Notes under the pieces: model-generated
What the model saw: the letters and a program-made list of their open reading frames with translations, nothing else
What the model was told of the DNA's origin: nothing
Databases searched by the model: none
Program-made: the position numbers and the translations under genes
Shown here: positions 27,725 through 36,079 of the stretch, in pieces
Layout of the letters: every line of letters begins with the position of its first letter
Numbering within the stretch: the first letter of the stretch is position 1
IMG/VR virus record: IMGVR_UViG_3300017593_000402
Location: 1 to 64,000 of that record
DNA: 64,000 bases
Strand: one strand, 5' to 3'
Source: a virus

Positions 27725-28516
27725 GTGAGGTTTGTGATGGATAGGACAATCTCTATAGTAATTGGTTATGAACATCATGAGCGACGTCTTCCTTTACTTC
27801 TTAAGTGTCTTTCCTCTCTCCAAGACATCGAGCAAATTTGCATCGTTGAGTCTGGTCCTTTTAAAGCACTAACTCGTAATGTGTTATCTCCTGTTTTAGC
27901 TGAGGATACTGAGTTGAAGTACTTGAAGATTTACACATCGACCCCGTACAACAGGGCCTGGAACTTCAACATTGGAGTTCGTCATCTTTCGACTTGTGAT
28001 ATAGTTGTTCTAATTGATGCTGATTTGGTCTTTCCTCCCGACTTCTCACGTATTGTACGTGAGCAGGTTACTTCCAAGGACTATGTCGGTCCTGCCTGGA
28101 ACTGTATTGTGTACTTGAGTGAAAAGGATACTCTTCGGTCACTCTCGCTCCCAAGGTATGAAGTAGAAATTACGTCTCCGTCTCGGGCTTGTCGCCCTTC
28201 TAAGGCAGGTGCTGCCGGAGGAGCCTTTGTGTGCTATCGTGATACTTACTTCGATTTTCAGGGTATGGACGAGAGGTTCTTTGGAAGGACGAGTGAAGAC
28301 AACGCTCACTGGGCTAAGTTAGAGGTCCTAGGTTACAAGGTGAGGCCTCTCCCTGTAACTCTCTATCACTTGTATCATCCTATCAACCCTGTAATTGCAT
28401 CAAATCGTAGTGAAGTCTTTGACATGTTAAATTGGTCTAAAGAGAGGTGGTTGGAAGAGATAAACTCTAAAGGTAACTGGGGGTCGATTGATGGATTCAT
28501 TGTTAAACCTATCTAA
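27725..28516 (+). CDS. Glycosyltransferase (GT-A, GT2/GT7 C-terminal-like)
   Basis: YNRAWNFNIG, IDADL, GMDERFFGRTSED, HLYHP. Confidence 0.85.
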   Translation: MRFVMDRTISIVIGYEHHERRLPLLLKCLSSLQDIEQICIVESGPFKALTRNVLSPVLAEDTELKYLKIYTSTPYNRAWNFNIGVRHLSTCDIVVLIDADLVFPPDFSRIVREQVTSKDYVGPAWNCIVYLSEKDTLRSLSLPRYEVEITSPSRACRPSKAGAAGGAFVCYRDTYFDFQGMDERFFGRTSEDNAHWAKLEVLGYKVRPLPVTLYHLYHPINPVIASNRSEVFDMLNWSKERWLEEINSKGNWGSIDGFIVKPI

Positions 28517-29306
28517 GACTTGTTATCTATTTTGGTTGGTAAGAGGTGATGTACCTTTATATGTTACTGTAAGTGTGTCTTCTTTATGTGCAGTGGCTGG
28601 ATTTGATGAAGTAATTATGTGTTTGGATGTTTCTGAGGTAGACATGCCGTTTGAGTTCGTTCGAGAAACTTATTTCCCGGAGGTAACCCAAGTTGTAACT
28701 CCTCAAGAGTTCTTTGAGAAAGAGGCATTTTCTATTTATTCGAGTTTGCACGGTCGTTATGAGGTAGTTAATAAAGCCGATTTTTTTCGAATTTACGCAT
28801 TGTACCGGTTTGGGGGTTTTTATTGCGATACAGATACGCTGGCTCTTCGTCCATTTCAACCCCTTGTAACTGGTTCTTCCTATATTTCTTCTGAAGACGG
28901 CTCTCATTTAAGCAACGGTATTCTTTTTACGGAGAAAGGGCACAAGGCTTTGGAGTTTATGTATAAGAATTTTACTAACCGGTGGCAGCCCAATACTTTT
29001 AATTTAGTAGGGTCTCAATGGTTTACTGAACTAGAAGAGTACTTCCTAGTTGATTGGAATAGGAATCATCATTACTACATTAGTTGGCAGGAATGGAAGA
29101 AACTGTTTTCTCCTTTCTCTGGAGAGGTTGAGGATTTGTTTACGCGAGAGGTATTCTCTGTGCATTTATGGGGTACCACGCTTCGTCGAAACAACTTTTA
29201 TCTCTCGCCGGATTATGTACGTGAGCGCCCTTCAACCCTTTTTTCGAAGATCGTGCAGTTTCTTTCACAGAAGGATTCCGTAATTTGCAAGGAGTTGTGC
29301 CAATGA
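28488..29306 (+). CDS. Glycosyltransferase (GT32/OCH1-like DXD)
   Basis: KADFFRIYALYRFGGFYCDTD, SNG, VHLWG. Confidence 0.85.
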   Translation: MMDSLLNLSKTCYLFWLVRGDVPLYVTVSVSSLCAVAGFDEVIMCLDVSEVDMPFEFVRETYFPEVTQVVTPQEFFEKEAFSIYSSLHGRYEVVNKADFFRIYALYRFGGFYCDTDTLALRPFQPLVTGSSYISSEDGSHLSNGILFTEKGHKALEFMYKNFTNRWQPNTFNLVGSQWFTELEEYFLVDWNRNHHYYISWQEWKKLFSPFSGEVEDLFTREVFSVHLWGTTLRRNNFYLSPDYVRERPSTLFSKIVQFLSQKDSVICKELCQ

Positions 29307-29833
29307 GCGTTCTTGAACGATTGTCCCCGGATAATCGCCTCTTTGGTATTCCGATTCAACACTCATTTGCGTCACTCTATATCTTGGATCTAGTTTTTGA
29401 CCAGTTTGATTTTGCTCAGGTTGTTGAGTTGGGTACTTATAGAGGTGCTCTTTCAACTTTTCTGTGGCTAGAGTGTCAAGTTCGAGGTCACCGTTTCTTG
29501 TCGGTTGATCGCGCTGATAAGAGAGTCACGGATTTATTTCCTTTCTTAAGAGGTGATATTTTTGAATGTCAACGGACTAAGTTGAGAATTTTTGAGTTTT
29601 TAGGGCAGGCGCCCTCTTTCTTGTACTGTGACGATGGGAATAAACCACGTGAGATTCAGGTTTACGCACCTGTCCTTCCCCCGAGAAGTGTACTCGGTGT
29701 ACATGATTGGGGCACAGAAATCTCTGAGAAAGATGTTTCGTTTTTGGCTGACTTGAGTTTTCATCCGATTGATGACATAAATTGTTTAAGCACGGAACTC
29801 CACACGTTGCAACAGTTTTGGGTTCGAAGATAA
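29303..29833 (+). CDS. Class I SAM-dependent methyltransferase-like (CmcI/Methyltransf_24-like)
   Basis: VVELGTYRG, YCDDGNK, VHDW. Confidence 0.7.
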   Translation: MSVLERLSPDNRLFGIPIQHSFASLYILDLVFDQFDFAQVVELGTYRGALSTFLWLECQVRGHRFLSVDRADKRVTDLFPFLRGDIFECQRTKLRIFEFLGQAPSFLYCDDGNKPREIQVYAPVLPPRSVLGVHDWGTEISEKDVSFLADLSFHPIDDINCLSTELHTLQQFWVRR

Positions 29834-30093
29834 TGTCTCCTGAGTTTGTTCACGATTTTCGGAACGGGATTAGTTGTATTGCTGGGATTATCCTTAGAAT
29901 TAACCGAAAACAGGAAAGTATCCTTGCTGCACAGGAAGAGTTGTCTCAGTTATTTTGCGAGCTTCGGCTCCAGTTACTTCGTGTTCTTTCAGCTTTGGAA
30001 CGTTCCGTTGATAGCTTTGAAGAAGTGCATGGAGGTCAAAATGCCCTCAAGCAATCCGTTCGCGATCACGAAAATCTTGACAGAAGTTCTTGA
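29833..30093 (+). CDS. Small helical protein with a HisKA H-box-like motif
   Basis: ATG coupled to the upstream stop (TAATG); FVHDFRNGISCIAG followed by an amphipathic helix. Confidence 0.5.
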   Translation: MSPEFVHDFRNGISCIAGIILRINRKQESILAAQEELSQLFCELRLQLLRVLSALERSVDSFEEVHGGQNALKQSVRDHENLDRSS

Positions 30094-30610
30094 TTTGAAA
30101 CCTCAAAGTATTTTGGATATTGGTCCGGGTTTCGGTAAGTGGGGTGTACTCTTTAGGGAGTACTTGGATGTTTGGAATTGGAGGGTGTTTCCTCCTGAGT
30201 GGAAAGTTCGAATTGATTGTATCGAAGCTTATTCCAAGTACATCTCTCCTTTACACGAGTACATTTACAACAAAGTAATAGTTCAGGACGTTCGATCCAT
30301 TTCTTGGGAGTCTTTCCCTACTTATGATCTCATATGTTTGTTCGATGTTATTGAGCATATGAGCAAACTCGAGGGCTACGATCTGTTACACACCTTGCTC
30401 CGGAAGGTTACTAAAGCAGTGTTTGTTTCAACACCATTGCCAGAGGATTTCTCTTCCTTTCCTCACGGAAGATGGGAAGATGATTATGAAGGACATAAGG
30501 AAGCTTGGTCTCCGGTAGAGTTTGTTGAAAATTTTGGCGCCGAAATAGTGATGTGTGACGGTGGTAAAAGAGGGTTCCGGACTTTTCTCGCGAAGATTAT
30601 GATACGATAG
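30041..30610 (+). CDS. Class I SAM-dependent methyltransferase
   Basis: ILDIGPGFGKWG, YDLICLFDVIEHM, VSTP; GGAGG RBS before ATG 30041. Confidence 0.85.
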   Translation: MPSSNPFAITKILTEVLDLKPQSILDIGPGFGKWGVLFREYLDVWNWRVFPPEWKVRIDCIEAYSKYISPLHEYIYNKVIVQDVRSISWESFPTYDLICLFDVIEHMSKLEGYDLLHTLLRKVTKAVFVSTPLPEDFSSFPHGRWEDDYEGHKEAWSPVEFVENFGAEIVMCDGGKRGFRTFLAKIMIR

Positions 30611-30621
30611 GAGGCTTTTTT

Positions 30622-31761
30622 ATGGAACTCGTAGAGTTTAAGGGTCGTAAAGGAATTTGGATTACTTACAAGGGCCGCAAGATCTTTATCCCTGAGGAAA
30701 GAATTCATCAACGAGAGTTGGGGTCACGTTCCCGTCTTGATCCAAAGATGAAAGTCCTCGGAGGTATCACTTTAGCAACTTTAGCCGCTTACTTTTTAAA
30801 ACCCGGTACGCCCATTTCTGAACTTTTTCGCAATAAAAGGTTTGTCGTGATCGCTAAACACCCAAATCCCACTCCCTCAATGAGAGAGAAGTTTTATGAC
30901 ATGATCACGTCGGCAATAATGGGGATGCGTGTAGTTCGTCCCAAAGCGGGCGCTAAACTTCCCAAAACTGCAGGCGTTGTTCATACCTGGTCGAAAGAAG
31001 CCTTTAAGATGAAACTTCCTAAGATTCAAGACTATGACTTGATGTCTGCTATTGACGATAAAGCGGTATTTCCAAAGCTGTTCAAGGACGACCCTAAAAT
31101 TGTTCCTCAAACCTTCTTACTTCGTGAGTTTCACAGTCTTGAATCCGCACGCTATGCGTTCCAACGTGCTGGGAAGGGATTTGTGATTAAACCGCGCATT
31201 GGCTCACTTTCGAAGGAACTCCCTACTCATGAGTGGAGTGACAAACGTTTGATGAAATATATTGAACAGCACGGTGGTCCTAATAATGTGATCATACAAG
31301 AAATGTTACCTTTTAGAAATGAGTTTCGTGTTCACTATGTGAATGGGAAGGTTTACTCTATTACACATCGTCGTTTTCCTGATCCTTTCCGTAAAATTTA
31401 CAATAAAATCTTTTATCGATTCGGAATGGAGGGTGGTTCTTCTATTCCAGTGCTCAACCCTGTGAAACGTAAACGACTTAAGGAGTTTGTGACTCAAGCT
31501 ATGAAACTATATGAGAAGAACGCCCATGTAGGGTTTGACATCGTCGAATTACCTGACGGTTCCTTCCGATTTATTGAAGGAAACCCTGTTCCAGGTAGTT
31601 TAATGAACCCTGTTATTGCCAGGAAGTTACACAAGACTGTCACTGGAGTATGGACTAATGACTTACGCGCCGTTGCTCTAGCTGGAGGCGCGGCGGGTTT
31701 ATGGTGGGCAGGAGAAGGAGTTTCCGAAGTACGGAAGAAGGAGAAGCAGCTGTGGGTGTAG
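30622..31761 (+). CDS. ATP-grasp (RimK-like) protein with N-terminal WITxxGR motif and hydrophobic segments
   Basis: DDKA, VPQT, FVIKPRIGS, IIQEML, EFRVH, GFDIV, FIEGNPVPG. Confidence 0.8.
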   Translation: MELVEFKGRKGIWITYKGRKIFIPEERIHQRELGSRSRLDPKMKVLGGITLATLAAYFLKPGTPISELFRNKRFVVIAKHPNPTPSMREKFYDMITSAIMGMRVVRPKAGAKLPKTAGVVHTWSKEAFKMKLPKIQDYDLMSAIDDKAVFPKLFKDDPKIVPQTFLLREFHSLESARYAFQRAGKGFVIKPRIGSLSKELPTHEWSDKRLMKYIEQHGGPNNVIIQEMLPFRNEFRVHYVNGKVYSITHRRFPDPFRKIYNKIFYRFGMEGGSSIPVLNPVKRKRLKEFVTQAMKLYEKNAHVGFDIVELPDGSFRFIEGNPVPGSLMNPVIARKLHKTVTGVWTNDLRAVALAGGAAGLWWAGEGVSEVRKKEKQLWV

Positions 31762-32135
31762 GAAAACACGTGTTGATTGACGTGTTTGAGGTGCCTTTTG
31801 AAGTTTTAGATAATGAGAAGTTGGTTCTTCAGTGTTTGATTCGGGCCGCTAGTAAGGCCGGCGCAACCATACTTCATTCATTCGTTCATCATTTTGAACC
31901 TCACGGGGTAAGTTGTGTGGTTGTGATCTCTGAGTCTCACTTTTCTATCCATACTTGGCCTGAACGACTTTACGCGGCCGTTGATTTGTTCACTTGCGGC
32001 GATTCCGTTGATTTAGATGTAGCGGTTCAGGAGATTCTTCAGTTTCTTAAAGGTAATCCTAAAGTTTTAGTCTTGGAGAGGGGGGATGTACATGATCGCC
32101 GATTGGGGACTTCACCTGATTTTAGATTTGTATGA
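31752..32135 (+). CDS. speD: S-adenosylmethionine decarboxylase proenzyme (class 1B)
   Basis: GKHVLID, FEPHGVS, ISESHFSIHTWPE, AAVDLFTCG. Confidence 0.9.
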   Translation: MGVGKHVLIDVFEVPFEVLDNEKLVLQCLIRAASKAGATILHSFVHHFEPHGVSCVVVISESHFSIHTWPERLYAAVDLFTCGDSVDLDVAVQEILQFLKGNPKVLVLERGDVHDRRLGTSPDFRFV

Positions 32136-32463
32136 TTGTGATGAGTTCCTTATTTCTAGTAAGGGCAAACTTAGGGAATTCGTATTCGAACTTTGTGATA
32201 TTCTTGATGTGAAAAGGTACGGTGACCCTATAATTGAGTGGTTTGGTAACGGCCCTTCTGAAGGATACACTCTTGTTCAGTTAATAGAGACGTCTCTGGT
32301 ATCAGGACATTTTGCTCCTTCTAGCCGGACTGCTTACATTGATGTGTTTAGTTGTAAATTTTTTGACCCGATTAAGGTTCAGGAGTACATTGGAGGTTTC
32401 TTTAAAGCTAAGAAGGTTGATTCTACCCTTCTTGAAAGGGGGTCGAAGTTACGTGAAGTATAA
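32092..32463 (+). CDS. Second SAM decarboxylase-like pyruvoyl proenzyme
   Basis: GLHLILD, GYTLVQLIETSLVSGHF, YIDVFSCK. Confidence 0.8.
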   Translation: MIADWGLHLILDLYDCDEFLISSKGKLREFVFELCDILDVKRYGDPIIEWFGNGPSEGYTLVQLIETSLVSGHFAPSSRTAYIDVFSCKFFDPIKVQEYIGGFFKAKKVDSTLLERGSKLREV

Positions 32464-33652
32464 GATAACATTTCTGGGTTCTAAGGGTATGATTGAGGAA
32501 AGTTCCCCTCATCACAAACTGAGAACAGGTATTGTAGTCGAGACTCGCAGAGCGCGTTTCCAAATTGACTGTGGTGAAGAGGAGTTCTTTGATAACCTTA
32601 AGGACGTGGATTTTTTGTATGTAAGTCATTGTTATGATGAGAAGACTGAAGTTTTTACTAATCGTGGCTGGAAGAGGTTTACTGAGTTAAGTAGTTCGGA
32701 TTACGTCGCGACATTGGATGAGGACGATCGATTAGTGTTTGAGAAGCCTATAGATTATATTGAGCAAGATTACACTGGGTTAATGTATTACTTGAGTACG
32801 GATTTTTTGAATATGATGGTGACTCCTAATCACAATTTGTATATTTCGGAGAACTTTGATGACCCTTCCTTTTCTCTTATCCCTGCCGCGAGGTGTTTTG
32901 GGCGCCCTAAGATGTTTACGTGCTCTTTTAAATGTGAACAACACGATACTTCTCTGGCACAAGCAGTTTTTTCTGACAGTCGTTCCTCTACCGCTAAGTC
33001 AGTAACCTCCGGTAGTCAAGAGTCCTGGGTTCCTTACGACGGGAAAGTTTACTGTGTTACTTTACCCGAGTACACTAGGCATATACTGTTGACTCGCCGT
33101 GAGGGTAAAGTGTGCTTTTCCGGGAACTCACACCCAGATCATGTAAGTGGCTTAAAACACAAGGAAATTCCGACGACGTTGGTGTCTACGTCGCTCGTTC
33201 GACGTCAATTAGTCCGTAATTGGAAGGTCACTCCTACTCTTTTTTCTTCACTTCCTTTTGAGTACGAAGATGTGTCGTTAAAAGCTGTTTCTTGTTTTCA
33301 CTCTATTCGATGTCCTATGTGGGGTGTTGTAATAAATAACGAATTGGGTATCTTTACGGATGTTATACGACCACGTGCTGGCTGGGGGATTCTCAAGGGA
33401 CTCCGAGTTTACATTGGTGATGGCTCCGCGATTAACCATCCCATAATCCGCGTTAAGGAAAAGGGAGGAGAACCGTTCGGGCACACTTGTATGAAATCTC
33501 AACTCCGATATGCTTCTCAATTGAATTGGCAAACAGTTGTTTTTACTCATCTTGGCCGCCAGCCTGTTTTGAAAGGTGATGAGAGAGTGAGAGAAATTCT
33601 CGGTGTGGAGGATTTAATTATTGCGAAGGATGGACTTACAATCGAAGTTTGA
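32453..33652 (+). CDS. Metallo-beta-lactamase-fold hydrolase containing an intein
   Basis: ITFLGS, IDCG, spliced SHSHPDH (HxHxDH), HS, FTD, GH, FTHLG, AKDG; GTG 32453. Confidence 0.85.
   Translation: MKYKITFLGSKGMIEESSPHHKLRTGIVVETRRARFQIDCGEEEFFDNLKDVDFLYVSHCYDEKTEVFTNRGWKRFTELSSSDYVATLDEDDRLVFEKPIDYIEQDYTGLMYYLSTDFLNMMVTPNHNLYISENFDDPSFSLIPAARCFGRPKMFTCSFKCEQHDTSLAQAVFSDSRSSTAKSVTSGSQESWVPYDGKVYCVTLPEYTRHILLTRREGKVCFSGNSHPDHVSGLKHKEIPTTLVSTSLVRRQLVRNWKVTPTLFSSLPFEYEDVSLKAVSCFHSIRCPMWGVVINNELGIFTDVIRPRAGWGILKGLRVYIGDGSAINHPIIRVKEKGGEPFGHTCMKSQLRYASQLNWQTVVFTHLGRQPVLKGDERVREILGVEDLIIAKDGLTIEV
32630..33127 (+). mobile_element. Mini-intein (166 aa) inside the HxHxDH motif
   Basis: VSH|CYDEKTEVFTNRGWK...VTPNH...VYCVT...CFSGN|SHPDH. 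Confidence 0.88.
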
Positions 33653-33860
33653 GTCAGAGGTGCCGAAGTACAGACATCGAACACGAAAACGTAGAATTCC
33701 TGTTTACTATCGACTTAGAAGGGAGTACCGAAGTAGGGTACCGTGGTTTCGTGAGTGGGCCGTTCTAAAACGTTATGTCACCGTGGATGATGCTGAAAAA
33801 GCTGTTAAGGTCTTGAACGCTAAGGATAAGTGGTTTGAATATAGTTTAGATCCTTATTAA
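33621..33860 (+). CDS. Small basic hypothetical protein
   Basis: Arg-rich ORF filling an operon gap. Confidence 0.5.
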   Translation: MRRMDLQSKFESEVPKYRHRTRKRRIPVYYRLRREYRSRVPWFREWAVLKRYVTVDDAEKAVKVLNAKDKWFEYSLDPY

Positions 33861-33870
33861 GGAGATTGGC

Positions 33871-34869
33871 GTGAAATTTAGAGTCCCTCCTGAGTGGATT
33901 GAGAAATGGATTACCAAGGGCGGACGTAGAGTTCCGATTATTAAAAAGGAGTTCCGCCAAGCTTTCTTGTGGACTTTCGCCTTTGCCAGGAAGTCTCCTC
34001 TTCGAGTTGTTGACTCCCGGTCTATTAATGAAACGCTAGAAGGGGCGGGCTTCGAGACTTTTAGGTTTCTCGAGAACGTTGCAGCGCCTCATCCCGAAGT
34101 CCGCAGGAAAGTCCTTCCTCAGGCTGATGCATTTTTGAATTTTTTTATTGGGAGTGCTGAGAGTGAAAGAGCATTTCGTAATGTAAGTTTATCCTTTCAT
34201 CGTTATACGTCGTCTGCTCCAATAGGGTGTTATGTTGATGCCTATATTCTTAGGTCGACGGGGAAAATTGAAAGAGAGCTCACACAACAGTGCCTTGAAC
34301 AATTTTCCGCAAATGATCGTGTCCATCTCAGACACGTTCTGGGAATTACTCTTCCTAAGGTTCAAAGGGTTCCTTCTGAGGTTAAGGATCTTGCTGAGTA
34401 CGCGTTTCCGCAAGGATCGGGGGCTATTAGTATGCTAGTGTACTCCCCTAGGCGGCGTGATGTTCCTTATGATCTTACTTTTCTCCATGAATGCGGTCAT
34501 TTTGTTCAGAGTCAGCTTGCTACTCGGGCTCCTGATTATTATGTAGAATTTGGTCGAAGTGTTTATGCTCCTTACCTTCAGAGAGTTTTGCCTGAAGCTG
34601 TACAGCTCTTTCAGCAAGCTACTAAGCATTATGGTTCGGTACGCCCTTCAGTTAGGCGTAATTTTGTGAGGTTGCAGTTTTATCGGGCTTTAATGGACGA
34701 CCCTTTTAACACGTCCGTGATATCAATTCCCAGCCTTCAAAGTCCAGAAGAGGGCTTTTCTGAGGCTTTTTCGCTTTTTGCACATTCAAATCTTCAGCAT
34801 CGTAGGTTTCTTAGACTTAAGTGGCCTGAGGCACGTGACTATTTTGCTACTTTGGAAGGAGTACTGTGA
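33871..34869 (+). CDS. Zincin-like metallopeptidase with N-terminal WITxxGR motif
   Basis: FLHECGH (34486-34500) and downstream SLQSPEEGFSEAF; AAGGAG RBS. Confidence 0.75.
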   Translation: MKFRVPPEWIEKWITKGGRRVPIIKKEFRQAFLWTFAFARKSPLRVVDSRSINETLEGAGFETFRFLENVAAPHPEVRRKVLPQADAFLNFFIGSAESERAFRNVSLSFHRYTSSAPIGCYVDAYILRSTGKIERELTQQCLEQFSANDRVHLRHVLGITLPKVQRVPSEVKDLAEYAFPQGSGAISMLVYSPRRRDVPYDLTFLHECGHFVQSQLATRAPDYYVEFGRSVYAPYLQRVLPEAVQLFQQATKHYGSVRPSVRRNFVRLQFYRALMDDPFNTSVISIPSLQSPEEGFSEAFSLFAHSNLQHRRFLRLKWPEARDYFATLEGVL

Positions 34870-35108
34870 TGACTGAATTCGACCCAATTCGGTGGCTGTC
34901 CAAGTATCGAGCAAAACATCTCGGAGAAGATCACTTCTCCCTGTGCTCTTTTTGTAAACATTTCCGTGAGGATTGTACTTGTGTAGCGTTTCCCAAAGGA
35001 ATTCCAGGAAAGTACTTGTTCTTTGATGTCTATCACCTTGAGAAAGATCCTTCTCAGAAAGGGGATGCTGTATTTGAATTGTCTTCTCGTTTTGTGAAGG
35101 AGAAGTAA
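34866..35108 (+). CDS. Small Cys/His protein (CxxCxH...CxAFPxGIP), candidate partner or immunity protein
   Basis: CSFCKHF...CVAFPKGIP...H; start overlaps the zincin stop. Confidence 0.65.
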   Translation: MMTEFDPIRWLSKYRAKHLGEDHFSLCSFCKHFREDCTCVAFPKGIPGKYLFFDVYHLEKDPSQKGDAVFELSSRFVKEK

Positions 35109-35110
35109 CT

Positions 35111-36079
35111 ATGCTGAAGATTTTATATATTTGTAAAGACTTTACTAACTGGATTGGACATGGACATCTAGCCTTTAAGAAAGCTCTTGCTAAAGTTGCT
35201 GATGTTACTTTTCATCACAAGCCCTGTCACGTACCTACGCTATTGAAGGAGCTCGCTGACAAAGGGAAAACTTTTGATCTACTCATGTTGGGTGAAGCTC
35301 CTCCAGTAACTCCTCCTTTGACAGGGCTAGCTGAGATTAAGCTTCCTAAGGTAGTTCACTATTGGGATGTTCATGCTTATCAGAGAGATCGGCTCCTGTT
35401 TATCAAGGAGAATAAAATCGACTTTGTGGTAGTAAAGTTTAAAGAAGGGACGCTCAAGTTGTTTCCTCGACTCCTTGATGTAGTTCCTTGTGAGTGGTTA
35501 CCTATTGGAGTTGACACTCACGTGTTTAAGAAATGGTCTCAAACGAAGACCATAGACATCTTACTAACCGGAGCTATTCTCCCTGATGTTTATCCTATGA
35601 GAACATCTTATTTACGTACGTTTAAGGGGTACCCTGGTTTTGTACACGTCCCTCATCCTGGTTATGGTCACTTTGATTCACGAACTGCGATTGTTCATGA
35701 TACCTACGCGAAGCTTTTGAACTCAGCTAAAGTTTGCCCTACTTGTGGTAGTATCTACAATTACTCCATTCAGAAGTTCTTCGAGATTCCCGCGTCTTTT
35801 TCTCTTTTGGCAGCTCCACCTATTAACGACATTGTAGAACTTGGGTACGTTCCAGATAAACACTTTTTGCCCGTCTCACCAACTTCCTTTGAGGATAAAA
35901 TTCTCTCAGTGTTAAGGGACGAAGACCGCTTAGTTGAGATTACGACACGAGGGTATAGATTAGTTCGTAAGTTCCACAGTGTCGATGTGAGAGCAAAGCA
36001 GTTTGTTAACTTGATGTGTAGAGCTGTATTGGGCGTTAAGCAGCCATTTGATGGGTTAAGGGAGTTTTCTCTGAGGTGA
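35111..36079 (+). CDS. GT-B glycosyltransferase (CgeB-like)
   Basis: DVH, YPMR, HPGY, YAKLLNSAK, KFFEIPA, GYRLVRKFHS. Confidence 0.8.
   Translation: MLKILYICKDFTNWIGHGHLAFKKALAKVADVTFHHKPCHVPTLLKELADKGKTFDLLMLGEAPPVTPPLTGLAEIKLPKVVHYWDVHAYQRDRLLFIKENKIDFVVVKFKEGTLKLFPRLLDVVPCEWLPIGVDTHVFKKWSQTKTIDILLTGAILPDVYPMRTSYLRTFKGYPGFVHVPHPGYGHFDSRTAIVHDTYAKLLNSAKVCPTCGSIYNYSIQKFFEIPASFSLLAAPPINDIVELGYVPDKHFLPVSPTSFEDKILSVLRDEDRLVEITTRGYRLVRKFHSVDVRAKQFVNLMCRAVLGVKQPFDGLREFSLR

Noticed and set aside
29846-30040. N-terminal extension of the methyltransferase in the ORF track
   Set aside because: The GGAGG RBS supports ATG 30041, and the upstream region is better explained by the coupled ORF 29833-30093
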